Source: the human T2T-CHM13v2.0 reference genome, Homo sapiens
Assembly (NCBI RefSeq): GCF_009914755.1
Contig: NC_060926.1
Strand: one strand, 5' to 3'
DNA length: 64,000 nucleotides
A program made the position numbers and the translations under genes. This document shows positions 24,862 to 36,910 of this stretch, piece after piece. Under the pieces are notes generated by a model. That model worked only from the letters and a program-made list of their open reading frames with translations, did no database searches and was not told the origin of the DNA. How positions within the stretch are numbered: position 1 is the first letter of the stretch; every line of letters begins with the position of its first letter.

Positions 24862-25771
24862 CATTTGCAGGGAAGTGCAAGCCGAGTGGGCCCCACTGCA
24901 GAGCGTCATGGGTCAGAGACTTCTGCTTTGGTGGCTTTGCCGGCTTTGCCATTGTTGAATACAGGTAATCAATTTATCATTTGATAAAACTTTTTAACTT
25001 TGCAGTGAATCCTTTCAGTACAATAAGCTTTAAAAAGTACAAAATTAAAAATGTTGCTGTTTTTAACACAAAATTCTATGCCATTTATTTCTCAGTGATG
25101 ATGAATATGTGTAAGCTGCATGAAATGTTTATTGACATGGACCATTCACTGTGGAGCCATGGTGATAATCCTGAACTTATAAAAAGTAGAAGACACAAAT
25201 TTGCTGAAAATGTACCAGCATCTACTTTAAAAAGTTAGTTGTTATTCATAAAAAACTGTGACCAAAAATCATAATGTAACACATGCAGATACAGAAGGCA
25301 CATTTACATATATTCTATGAAGCATGACTTTTTATTTAGATCAATTCATTCTTGTTCTAAATTAATTTTGCTCACTTCAAATTCTAAGCATCCGTGTGCA
25401 CACATGAAGAATGAGGCCCTAGCTGCTCACGTGTGGGTTCCAGTAACAGAAGAAGGGCTTCACAGACCTTCTGAGAGGCCAGCTCTTCAATTACTCAACC
25501 AGCACCATGAGATGCTGTGAACAGCAAACCCACTACGTTAATTCCAATAAAGGATTCCAATTTTCAAAATTTAATTTATGGAATCAAAGCAGGGCCTTGA
25601 GAAATTTATCCTCTTGGAAGTGAAACATCGGATATTATTGTAGATGCAGTTCAGTCAAACAATTCAACATTGAGATAAAGTTAGTTGTTTTGCAGTGATA
25701 ATACAAATACAAAGTTTGGTGGAGTACAGCACTATGGTAAGTTTCTTGCTAAACTAAGAAGCCTCAGGACA

Positions 25772-26093
25772 TGTCTTAGTCCATTTTGTGCTGCTATTAC
25801 AGAACATGTGGACTGGGTAATTTTTAGAGAACAGGGATTTATTTCTTATAGTTCTAGAGGCTGGGAGATCCAAGGGACCGGCATCTGTTGAGGGCCTTCT
25901 TGCTACATCATCCCTTAGTGGAAACTGAAGAGCAAAAGAGCGTATGAGAGAGAGAGAGAAGGGGAGAGGGTCAAACTCATCCTTTCATCAGGTGCCCACT
26001 CTCTTAATAAGAGCATTAATTCATTCATGAGGGCAATGCCCTTGTGATGTAACCTAACACATGAACTTTGGGGAACACATTCAAACCACAGCA
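25772..26093 (-). mobile_element. MaLR LTR, MSTC/MSTD-like
   Basis: TGTCTTAGTCCATTTTGTGCTGCTAT...GCATTAATTCATTCATGAGGGC...ACACATTCAAACCACAGCA. Confidence 0.85.
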
Positions 26094-26243
26094 GGATGGA
26101 AACCAGGAGTTGGTTGTGGTGCAAATAGAATCCACAATTTTGTCAAACAAGGTATGATAGTCTACCAACTGAAATAGATGTCACAGCCATCAAGTTTTTG
26201 AATTATGTATATTTATATATATCATTTTATGCATGTGTAAATT

Positions 26244-26289
26244 TGTGTGTGTGTGTGTGTGTGTGTGGAGAGAGAGAGAGACAGAGAGC
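26244..26289. repeat. (TG)n(AG)n microsatellite
   Basis: Directly visible. Confidence 0.95.
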
Positions 26290-26290
26290 G

Positions 26291-26440
26291 AGTCAGTCCT
26301 CCATATCTTCATATCTTCGAATGTGGAACCTGCAGATATAGAGGTCTGACTATAAAGGACTTGAGTACCCTTGAATTTTGGTATCTACCAGAGACAGAGG
26401 GGCTAGAACCAATCCCCTGTGGACACTGAGGAATGTCCAT
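26291..26440. mobile_element. MER2-like TcMar-Tigger MITE fragment
   Basis: GTGGAACCTGCAGATATAGAGG; TTTTGGTATCTA...TAGAACCAATCCCCTGTGGACACTGAGG. Confidence 0.7.
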
Positions 26441-26464
26441 ATATGTATGTATGTATGCATGTAT

Positions 26465-26512
26465 GCATTTATTTAAGGCTCTCCAAAGAAACAGAAGCAA
26501 CAGTAGATAGAT

Positions 26513-26561
<49 letters not shown>

Positions 26562-27015
26562 GGGTGTGTGTGTGTGTGTGTATGTGTGTGTGTGTGTGTG
26601 TAGAGAGAGAGATTTATTATGGAATTGGCTCAAGTGATTATGGAGGCTGAGAAGCATTACAATCTGTGTCTGCAAGCTGCAGACACAGGAAAGTTGTGGA
26701 TGTAATTTATTTTGAGAAAGAAGTCCTGAGAACTAGGGTACTGATGTTAACATCTCCAGGGGCAGAAGAAGATTAAATGAGTTTTCCCAGATCAAGCATT
26801 GAGGCAGGAAGATAGGGGCAAATTTCTCCTTCCTCCACCTTTTGTTCTATTCAGGCTCTCGACAGATTGGATAATGCCCACCCACACTGGGGAGGGAAAT
26901 CTACTTTACTGAATTCACCAACTCAAATGCTAATCCAATCTGGACACACCCTCAGACACACCCAGAAACAATGGTTAATCCGGACACCCTGTGGCCCATT
27001 CAAACTGACACTATA
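26465..27015 (-). mobile_element. ERVL LTR, MLT2B-like, carrying (GATA)n and (TG)n tracts
   Basis: CTCTCCAAAGAAACAGAA, GGAATTGGCTCAAGTGATTATGGAGGCTGAGAAG, TTTTGTTCTATTCAGGC, CCCACCCACACTGGGGAGGG. Confidence 0.9.
26505..26612. repeat. Compound (GATA)n / (TG)n / (AG)n microsatellite
   Basis: Directly visible. Confidence 0.95.

Positions 27016-27017
<2 letters not shown>

Positions 27018-27048
<31 letters not shown>
27018..27048. repeat. (CA)n microsatellite
   Basis: Directly visible. Confidence 0.95.
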
Positions 27049-27052
<4 letters not shown>

Positions 27053-28270
27053 TGATTGAACTATAAATGTTTTATGGTTACACTGATGTTGTATAAATAT
27101 ACATATCATGGAAATAAATCTCTCCCCTTATTACCTATCATAAATTTAATTTTAGGAATATGTGAGTTCTGTAAATCAACCTAAATATCCTGCAATGCTA
27201 TCAATGATATATTATAAAAAACATTTTGAAATCTTTGCTTAAAATGTTAACTAATTGGAGTGTCAAAGGACTTAAGCAAGTACAATTATTGAAAACAAAG
27301 CCATAATTGGAAGGCATTGAAACTTAACTAACTAAAAGAAAGAAAAAGACTTTAGTTTCAATCATGATGAAGTAGCTTCTATTTCTCTGATTCTCCTGCC
27401 AGTAACAATCATAAAAGCTAAAAAAATTGTTTTTCTAATTAACTAATTTAAGATACTGAGAAGAAACTGGAAGGGATATAATTATTGAAATATGGGAGAG
27501 TAAAGTGGAAATGTCAAACTCTTCGGAGGAAAAGCATGCCTTCCTCTATAATTTTTTACCCACAGACAAGAAAATCAGACTCACTGGTGATTCAGATATC
27601 AGAGTTAGCAGATAAGGTTTTAAAAATAACTATGATTAATATGTTAAGTGCCAGGGAGAGATATACAAAATGGAAGACAGAGAATTTCAACAGGGATTAA
27701 AATCTATAAAAGAAGTCAAACAGACATTCTAGAGCAGAAAAAAACACAATATCCAAAATCAGAAAGCCATTCAATGGATTTAAAAATAGCCTGGACACTG
27801 CTGAAAACAGAGTTGGTAGACTTGAAGATAAGTTAATAGAAAATATCCGAGATAAAACAGAGAAATAAAAGAAAAAAGGTAAAGAGCCAAACAGAACATG
27901 AAAGATGTGGAATAATAGTAGATGGTCTAGTGGAAGCCAGATAATAATGCAATGATATTTTTAAATAAAGGGGTGGAGGGGGGATCCTGCCAACCTAGAA
28001 ATCTATATTCAGAAAAAAAATTCAAAAATGAAGGTAAAAATAACAACACTTTCAGACAAACAAAGGCAAAGAGAATGAATTGCCATCAGACCATACGTCA
28101 AGAAACAGTAAAGGAAATTCTTCAGATTGCAGGAACACAATTCTAACTGGAAATTGGAATTGCAAAAGGAACACAGAGCTGGAGAAAGATAAAATATGTG
28201 TACAAATATGAGAGATGTTAATTGTGCAAAGCAACAATAGCAACTATGTTTGCCAAGCTTGTAAAACACA

Positions 28271-28633
28271 TGATATGGTTTGGCTGTGTCCCTACCCAAA
28301 TCTCATCTTGAATTGTGGCTCCCATAATCCCCACATGCCATGGGAGGGACCCGGTGGGAGGTAATTGAATCATGGGGGCGGGTTTTCCCATGCTGTTCTC
28401 CTGACAGTGAGTAAGTCTCATGAGATCTGATGGTTTTATAAAAGGCAATTCCCCTGCACATGCTCTCTAGCCTGCCACCATGTAAGACATGCCCTTGCTC
28501 CTCCTTCACCTTCCACCATGATTGTAAGGCCTCCCCAGCCATGTGGAACTGTAAGTTCATTAAACCTCTTTTTCTTTATAAATTACCCAGTCTTGGGTAT
28601 TTCTTCATAGCAGTATGAAAATGGGCTAATACA
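28271..28633 (+). mobile_element. THE1 (THE1C-like) solo LTR
   Basis: TGATATGGTTTGGCTGTGTCCC...TCTCATGAGATCTGATGGTTTTATAAA...CTAATACA; flanks ACACA/ATACA resemble a 5-bp TSD. Confidence 0.95.
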
Positions 28634-28699
28634 ATACATAGTAGCAAAAGGACAGAAGGGAATGAATGGAATTACATTCCTGTAAGATTCTTCTTTTGT

Positions 28700-29150
28700 C
28701 AGATCTGGTACCAAGAAACAGATGTTTTTTTAAAAACTGAGACTTGCAGAGATGTATTGGGGATACACCTGTGAAAGACACAGGGGAGGGCAAGGGGGTT
28801 GGGTGCATAGAATCTTCAGACCATCATGCTGGTCTGACACCTGTGAAAGAAGAGAGGAGAGGAGGAAGGACTGGACAGGAAGAGCCTCAGACTGTGGTCT
28901 CAGCCAGTTTGCAAGGGAGCCCCAGCAAAGATTGTCTGTCAAAGGAACCCTGTTGGCAGGAACAAGCTAGCATTGCACTCCTACCATGCTCCATGATTGA
29001 CTGAGAACAGCCCGGGGAGGGGAACGAAGCCTTGGCATGACACTATGGTGTGTCTGCAGGTGCACAGCTAGAACCTATCCACCAGCTACTTTCCTGACAG
29101 TGGGTTCTCTGAGCACCCTGAGAACCCTCAGAGCACCACGGCCATCACAC
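28700..29150 (-). mobile_element. ERVL LTR, LTR33/LTR41-like
   Basis: TTCAGACCATCATGCTGGTCTGACACCTGTGAAAG, GGAAGAGCCTCAGACTG, GGGAGCCCCAGCAAAGATTG. Confidence 0.65.
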
Positions 29151-31340
29151 TTGTGTTACTCTGAGTGTAATAAAAGCAGTACTTCCAGGTAGATCTAGTA
29201 AATCAAGGATGCTTACTGCAATCTCTAGGCAACATCTAAAAGAAAAATACAAAAATGCACATTTAAATGTCCAACAAAATTCAATAACTACAATAGCACT
29301 TTATTAATTAAAAAAAGGAAGAGAACAAAACAGATGGGACAAATGGAAAGCAAATAGTTAGACTTTATTGGTAATTGTGTTAAATGTAAATGGAATAAAA
29401 TTAAAGAAGAAATCGAACACATTAACTTGGTGAAAGCTCTAGCCATGTATCAGCTTTAATTTTCAAATTGTATGGCTTTGCTTTAGTATATCTCAATTTG
29501 TGGGAAAAATCTTTCGAGGGAGCACCTATTTTTAATTGGATAAATTTATACTCTGTACCAGAATGGAATTAAATTGAGAAGTCTTACAGTTTTGCATGAT
29601 CTAAATATGGTGAGAGATTCAAAAGAACCATAAATAGACACAATTTATTTGACAAGTTTTATCCTATCTTTGCCAAAAAAAATGTACTCTGAATGGAGGC
29701 ATAAAGATAGTATCTATGGAAACATTTGGCCTGAAATATTTACACACTTATATATGAGAAATAGAATTAAGATTATCCTCCACTTAGCAGAAATTCTGCT
29801 GCACTTACTTGATACCTCAGCACGGTTAGAGAGAATGTTTTCTCTAACATACGATGGGCAGCAGAGAAGAGTCCATTGAAGGTGTCTATCATTTTAAATT
29901 TATTAATGATAAAGCAAAAATTTAAAGAAGATTGTAATTTTATGAAGAGATTAAAAAGATGAGAGATAAACTATGAATTTCATGAAAAGAGAAATGGCTA
30001 AGTAGCAGATTCAAGTATAGTATATGAATATATATCAAGAATAATCTGTTTGGCTATTTTTTCAGCGTTCAGATATCCAATATAAAGATTATTTTGCTTT
30101 GATGAACATGAAAATACATTATTTTTAATAGGAATGTTATTTTTGAAATTTATTTATTCATGGAGCTATTTTATGGATTCAGTAATGTAATCAATTTGCT
30201 GGTTAATAAATACATATTTCAAACATTGCATATTTTTATCATTTCTACTGTCCTCTTTACGCTGAGGACTGTCCTGTTTGAACAGTGGTTACTGTGCCTT
30301 ATGTCCCTGGAGACCCAGCAACCAAAGCTCCATGGGCCACTGGAATGGCAGAGGCAGATGTAGATGAGCTGACCTCATCTACATCTACACGGGCAGTGTC
30401 ACCATGGCGAGGCTGCCCATCTCAGCCACAGCACCACGTCATTAGAAAAAGCAATTAGAAATGAAGTCAGGGTGACCGAGGCAGGTCTGCCCCATGCACA
30501 TTGGCAGGCTGGAATAAGATCCCTTCTTGGAAAGCTCTGGTCATGATGCAGGATTGCACCCACTCCAGCCCCCAAGAGTGTTTCTGCAATTGGAAAGGCC
30601 AGTGTGGCCAGGCAGGATGACAGGGTGTCATGAAGGTTGCTGCGGTTGCAGCCAGAAAGCACCACAGTGACATATGGGATCTTGCCTGTAAGCTCTACAA
30701 GATTTACTAGATCTTGTTTCTTTATTATCAAAACCCAGCACCTCAAGGTATTTATAAAGAAGGCAAGTCAAAGGTAAAGAGATGCATTACTAAGAATCTG
30801 TGATTCCAGAGGTCAAAGTTCATCTTATCACTCAAAAGTTCCTCTATTATTTGAAAAGGTTACTCACCCTACTTGGAATATCAAGCAGCAGTTGATTGGG
30901 TTTACAGCATTTTCTACCTTTACCCTTTGCAAACTGTCTGGATGCAAATGTCAAGATTGAAATGCCCAATAACTTGGATCTCTGGATCCAACAAACAAGA
31001 ACGTAGTGCGATATTTTTAAATTCTGACTTGAATTAAAGTGATGGATGGGTCCTCTTAGCATGAACATGTGGTTATCCTTTCTCCCTTCACTTTCCCTTT
31101 CTAATAAATATCTCCAGCGTTGGGGAAGAGGAAAAACACCTTGATATTACCTACTGCTCCCATGAGTAGTCATTGGCTATGCTAGCTTGTATTTATTCTA
31201 TATCAACAGAGCCACTGTTGTTAAAAATAGCCTGAGGAAATCAGTTAAGATCTAAGCATTCACGTGACTGAAAAGCCAAGGATCAGGCCATCGAGCTACT
31301 TTAATTTAGTTGCTGTGCTTGAATTTTCATGTTGTAAAAG

Positions 31341-32025
31341 TGTTATTGGTAGGTTGGTTCAGGTTCTTGAGTTCGTCACAAAAAGAATTTGAGAGCAAGT
31401 TCAAAGTAAGAGTAGGCAAAGAAGTTTATTGCAAAGCAAAGGTACACTCTGAGAGGCAGGGTGGACCTCTCAAAGGGAGAGACAGCAGCCAGTGCCTTAA
31501 GAGGAATTCCCCTTATGGGAGCTGTGTATGAATATTCATAAAACACTGGTGAGGTCAGGTGTGCAAAGGCGGACCTGCGGCTAGCGCATGTGCTCAGAAT
31601 CTACATGATCTAACACGTATTCCATGCATAATTAGCATATGAAATCTCCACCTGTGGATGTGTTTGGACTACTAAAATGAAGAAAAGGTCACTATAAGCT
31701 AAACCTTGAGCCTAGCACATGAGGGACCCTGGAGAAGTCCCTGGCCACCCCCCACAAGGCAAGAATTTATAGCTAATAGCTTCTTGGGCTTTTGGTGGTG
31801 ATTGGCTGGAGATTGAGGAAGCTACATCAGGAAAAAGGGGTTTTGTTCTCTTTCCTGGGCCAGGGATCAGGAACAGGTAACCATCTGGCAGGCGGCTGGT
31901 ATCCTGCAAGAGCGCTTACCTTGCAAAAGAGTCAGGTGCTGATGCATGAAGGTGCAGGGAAGAGTCTTCCAGGCTTCCCACAGGGAGACCCGTCAGTATG
32001 GCCTCCTACCCTTACTCCTGCCTCA
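31341..32025 (-). mobile_element. ERV1-class solo LTR (subfamily uncertain)
   Basis: TG...CA ends (TGTTATTGG...CTCCTGCCTCA); antisense poly(A) signal GTTTATTGC; TGAATATTCAT and CATGCATAATTAGCAT motifs typical of ERV1 LTRs. Confidence 0.75.
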
Positions 32026-33586
32026 TTAGTCGTGTTGGGAATTTAACCCCACAGGGTTCCTGCTGAAACCACTTGAGGCTAGGTCTCTGTGTCCTCAGTG
32101 CCTAGGGACACGGACGTTGGAGGGAATACTTGATGTCCAGCACGAGGATGGCCTCAGGAGAGCAGGATTACCTCCTGGGGGTGTGCCACAGCCAGCCTCT
32201 GTGTGGTCTTTGTCCCATGGCACCAGGCCACATTTCTCTAGGGCTTCCAAGTCTTGGACAGGTCGATTTTTTTCTAAAAGAGAAAGTCATTGTTGTATTT
32301 TTGGAATTTCAACAGTTGTAGACATTAAGGACAGTGGAGTATGTAAAATTGCACCTGCAGGCCCCTGGCCCTGGAGCACAGTGTGAAAGGCAGGTCTGAG
32401 ATTCAGAGACTGGGCCCCTCACCAGGCTCAATTCTCAGAGCAGCGCTTTCTCACCCCGCCCCAGATCCTGGGGGCAGCGCCACAAGGCCCAGACTGAAAT
32501 TCACTTTATCTGTGAGCAGCAGGAAGCTGTGAGCCTCCGTTTCCTGGCCTGGAAAGTGAAGGAGTGGAACAGGGTGACCTCTGAAGTCCCTCCCAGGAGG
32601 CAGCGTCGTGGGAAGTCCAGGAGGTGGGGGACAGGTTCACTCAGCAGCGCCCACCGCCACTTTCTCACTTTGGGAGGCAGAACCAAGGAATCAGTGGGTC
32701 TGGCCAGGCCTCAAGTGCGCCGGATGCAGGAGAGAACAATGATAAAAGAAAAGAACATCCCGGAGAAGGGGAGAAAGAGAACGCAGAGCAAGCATCTAAC
32801 AACGTGTCTCTCAAACACAGGCTCCAAAGAGCAGACCAGTGCCCTCCAGGCTGATGGCAAGACCTGAGGGTGGGATTGTGCCCCACCATCTTTGCTGCTT
32901 CTTGGCACCCAGCACCCTGCCAGCATCTTATTTTATAAACATCCCCTTACATTCTTAAGGGAGACTATTAAAACCTGAAGTTCACGGAAGTTGGACCAGG
33001 GCAGTCACAGGCTCAGGGACTGCTGGACATGAAGGGGACAGGGAAGCACCGAGCACTCTTCCTCCCGGGCATGGAGCCCTCCAGGCCCCGCTGACTCCTG
33101 CTGAAGCTCCACCAACCACCCGCAGACGGGGACTCCGAAGCTATTACCCACGACCAGCACTTGGCACACATTGTCACTGAGATGACTGACACACGGCTCA
33201 GGCAGCTCGTAGGTTCTGTTGAATGCCCACTCCCCAGGGGAGAAGGGCAGCGTTTCAGGTCATCCCCAGGCTGGCCTGCAGAGTGTGTGAGCTATGAGGC
33301 AGAATTCAAACAGACTGTGGGCCAGCAAGTGTTCACTGTTAATTCTGTGGTTTCTCTTCGGTAAGAATTCTCTACCATATAATCCCACCTAGTATCATTC
33401 TGTTTCCTCATGCATAGTAGGGGAGGATACAGTGTGGATGTTTTTTTAAAAAGCACGAGGCCCCAGGAGGCAGCCTGGACACCCACTCACACTCGCCGAC
33501 TGCTCCCTTCATGGATGAAGAGGAAGCTGAGAGCCGCAGATGGAAGCTTCCTCCTCCCGTGTGCAGCGTTCTGCATACTGGAGGCA

Positions 33587-33883
33587 GAGGACCTGGACTG
33601 ACAGCTATGAGGACCTGGACTGACAGCTATGAGGACCTGGACTGAGCAGCTATGAGCACCTGGACTGACAGCTGTGAGGACCTGGACTAAACGGCTATGA
33701 GGACCTGGACTAAACGGCTATGAGGACCTGGACTGAACAGCTATGAGCACCTGACTGAGCAGCTATGAGGACCTGGACTGAGCAGCTATGAGGACCTGGA
33801 CTGAGCAGCTATGAGGACCTGGAATGAGCAGCTATGAGCACCTGGACTGAGCAGCTATGAGGACCTGGACTGAGCAGCTATGA
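33587..33883. repeat. Minisatellite, 22-23-bp unit GAGGACCTGGACTGA(G)CAGCTAT, ~13 copies, inside a MIR
   Basis: Directly visible; MIR core TCTCTGTGCCTCAGTTTCCTTACTTGTAAAA follows at ~33901. Confidence 0.95.
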
Positions 33884-35789
33884 ACCTTGAGCAGGGAATG
33901 TCTCTGTGCCTCAGTTTCCTTACTTGTAAAACAAGGAAGTGGAACCAGAGCCCCCCCCATTCTTGCTCATGCACTCCCACGGTCCTGGACAATACTGAGC
34001 AATCTACAGATATCAACGTAGCATAATTTGAGCCTCCTTGTTTTTCTAAAATGGGAAGATTTTAACTGAGAAGCAGCCTTTTCAAGAATACCATAGTTAC
34101 TCTATTGCATACTGGAACTCCAGCTGCATTCTATTACATCAGTATTATATAATACCTCTTTCTCTCTTAAAAAAAATAAAAAAAGTCCTGTAAAGAGCAG
34201 AACTAAAGTATTACAGAGAACAACAAGAGGCATTTTTCACGATTAGCCACTTAATTCGAAGGATTAGGACTCAAGCATAATACCGCACAGGAAGGGAGCA
34301 TTGCATAATTAAAAACTCTTTTATAAACTGCAGCATTAAAACTGCCATGGCCAGTGAGCTTGGGAGTGTTTCCATGGTGGAGTGCTATTATCGGCCTAAG
34401 ATGCTTCTCAGAAATGCAATTCCAAGTTCATAAACCCAGCGAGGACCCGCACTCCCAATTCCAGGCAGTTTTTGAAGCACTGTGGAAAATCCGGTGACGC
34501 AGGATGTGCCCGTTCCCCCAGCAGGGGTGGCTGCCATGCTGTTGACAGGGATGGGTGTGGACGCAGAGAGAGCCCGGGCAGACGAGGTGGGGAGCACGGG
34601 TGAGCAATGGGGCTGCCATGGAATTAAAGCATGCGGCTCTAGGGGCCCCAGGAAGCCAGGAGGACAGAAGCCCAACCACCCGAAACAGAGGAGGAGGAGT
34701 GAGGCCATCAGGTGCTAAGGGGGTCACTGGAGCCCCTAGGACATGGCCTCTGACTGCACGCCCAGACCTTTCAGCATGCCCACATGCTCCTGCAGCCAGG
34801 GCCTCGGCAGCTTGCCTTCCCATCCCCTGCAGCAGCAGGTCCAGTCCTGCCTCGTCTCCCTCGCAAGAGGGCTCAGGGCTGCTGCGTGGAAGGAAACGAA
34901 TTGTCCCTGCAACAGTCTCTCACCCAGGAAAACCCCACACAGCACACAGCTCGGGAGTTGGTCCTTGGATGTTGGGGATGAGCTTCCCTCCCAGCCCCTT
35001 CTGCCTTCCCAGGAAGCAAGCCCAGGGGCGGCATCTGGACTCCTCTCTGTCCCCCATGCTCCTGCCTGGTGCAGGTGCCTTGTCTGAAAGGAGAGTCTGA
35101 GAGCAGGGACCTTGTGCTTGGCTCCACTCAGTGCCTCCTGCTTTCCCACAGGACGGGGCCTCGCTGCCTGCAGGTGCCCTCATCCACGTCGTCCACATCA
35201 TCCACATTGTCCGTGTCTGGCCTGGGCTGTCTCCCAGTGCCCGAGCTGACCCTCGTGGGCTCGTATGGACTACAGGGTTAGTGACTTTAAAAAAAAAAAA
35301 AAATCAAGTTAGCCTAACTCACAAGTCCAAGCAAACAAATAAGGAAACAAGGCCCCTTGCCAGGGGTCCTAATGCGGCCGGAGTCTATCCCAGCAAGTCA
35401 AGCCCCTGCACTGCTGGCATCCCATGGTGAGTGGCAGGGCCCTCAGGGACAGGGAGGGGCCAGTGCTGTTCACATCTGCCCCCACCACAGCACGCTGCGC
35501 ATGCCTGGCCAGGTCTTCGTGAGAGCAGTGGGAGTCTGCAGCTGCTCCTCGGCCCACCCAGGCCCTGCAGGGTCACCGCCAACATACGCATCCTCCCATC
35601 CCTCTGCTGCCCGCTCCAGGCTGGGCTCCACTTTATCCTGACATTGCTGCCTTATACCCGCACAGTGCTGGGACAGAATGACATCATCTCTTCTCTAGAC
35701 CATGCTTTTAATAAGGAGTTTCCTAGAATATCTGCACTTACATAACCATAACCCCAAAAATGGGCCTGGCCTCTTTTATTTTTCTAAAT

Positions 35790-36910
35790 AAACTCTTTTA
35801 TTGAAGTTTAACTTCCCTACAGAAAAGTGCCAAATCACCAGGGTACAGCATGCTGGATTTTCACAGCACCTGTCTCACCGCCTCCAGACAAACAGGCAGG
35901 GTGTTACTGGTACTCCTGGGCCTCCTGGGGCTGGAGCCCTCCCCAGCCTCCACCTGGCCCCTTCTCCCCACGGTACGCGTCCCACTGATTTGAAGTTTGT
36001 ATGAATTTGAACATTCGAAGTTTGTATGAATGTGAACATTCGAAGTTTGTATAAAGTTTGCATGAATTTGAAGATATGAAGTTTGTATGAATTTGAAGAT
36101 TGGAGGTTTGTATGAACTTGAAGATTTGAAGTTTGTATGAAGTTTGTATGGAGATTTGAAGTTTGTATGAAGTTGGTATGAATCTGAAGATTTAAAGTTT
36201 ACATGAAGTTTGTATGAATGTGAAGATTTGAAGTTTGTATGAACTTGAAGATTTAAAGTTTGCATGAAGTTTGTATGAATGTGAAGATTTGAAGTTTGCA
36301 TGAATGGAAAGATGTGGCATATATTCTCCTGGCCTGACATCTTTTACTCACCATTGCACCTGTAAGAGTCATGCCTGGGAGTGCATGCATGCTGTGAGTG
36401 CACTCATTGCTATTGCTGATTGGGATTGAATTGGATGCCACAATGCATTCATCCTGCTATTCAGGGATGTCTCATCCTTGTGCCCAGGTTTGGGTATGTG
36501 TGCATGGCTTCTGGCTTCTGGCTGGGATGGGGATCCATTGGTGGGATGGGGAGCGTGCACGCTAGGGTATAGCAATGCCCTGACTGGCCTCCAACATAGC
36601 TGTGCCACCATAGGCTCCCCCAGCAGGCAAGGGTCCGCTGCCCCACAACTGGCCAGCCCTGGCCAGCGCAGGCTGCTGTCTTTGAGCCTTTCCACCATGC
36701 TGTGGCCTTCATGTGTGTTTCTCTGACATCTGGCCAGGCTGAGCACCTCGATGTCCACTGGCCGGCTGTGTGGCCTCTTTCATCCACAGCCTGTTAGGTC
36801 TCTTGCTTATCTCCCATTCGGCTTTCTGACGTTTCCTCATTGATGTCCAGGAGTCCTTCCATACTCTGGGATGAGTCATGGGTTATGTGGATGGCAAGGA
36901 CACTCTGTCC
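35790..36910 (-). mobile_element. Old L1ME-like 3' end containing a tandem expansion
   Basis: TTTTATTGAAGTTTAACTTCCCTACAGAAAAGTGC; GGCTGAGCACCTCGATGTCCACTGGCC; CCATACTCTGGGATGAGTC. Confidence 0.6.
35988..36304. repeat. Degenerate AT-rich minisatellite built from TTTGAAG / TTTGTATGAA subunits
   Basis: Directly visible, e.g. GATTTGAAGTTTGTATGAA repeated. Confidence 0.9.

Larger units (their letters stand above)
27350..29410 (+). mobile_element. Old L1M 5'/ORF1 to ORF2-start fragment, interrupted by THE1 and an ERVL LTR
   Basis: TTTTAAAAATAACTATGATTAATATGTTAA, CAACCTAGAAATCTATATTCAG, TTCAAAAATGAAGGTAAAAATAA...TTCAGACAAAC, TTAAATGTAAATGG. Confidence 0.75.
24930..30295 (+). mobile_element. BLACKJACK-like hAT transposon fossil in about four pieces (~24930-25770, ~26095-26235, ~27050-27350, ~29410-30295), split by nested insertions
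   Basis: Decayed transposase motifs in order: DAVNSK..TLIPI (25511), GSETSDIIV, FCSDNTNTKFGG (25685), GVGCGANRIHN (~26107), TSARLERMFSL (~29810); 3' end GGACTGTCCTGTTTGAAC...TGGTTAC resembles the MER94/BLACKJACK terminus. Confidence 0.7.

Noticed and set aside
25317-29879. Domesticated transposase gene
   Set aside because: Coding sequence is broken by stops, frameshifts and multiple insertions; fossil only
35861-36340. 159-aa repetitive ORF
   Set aside because: Translation of the AT-rich tandem expansion
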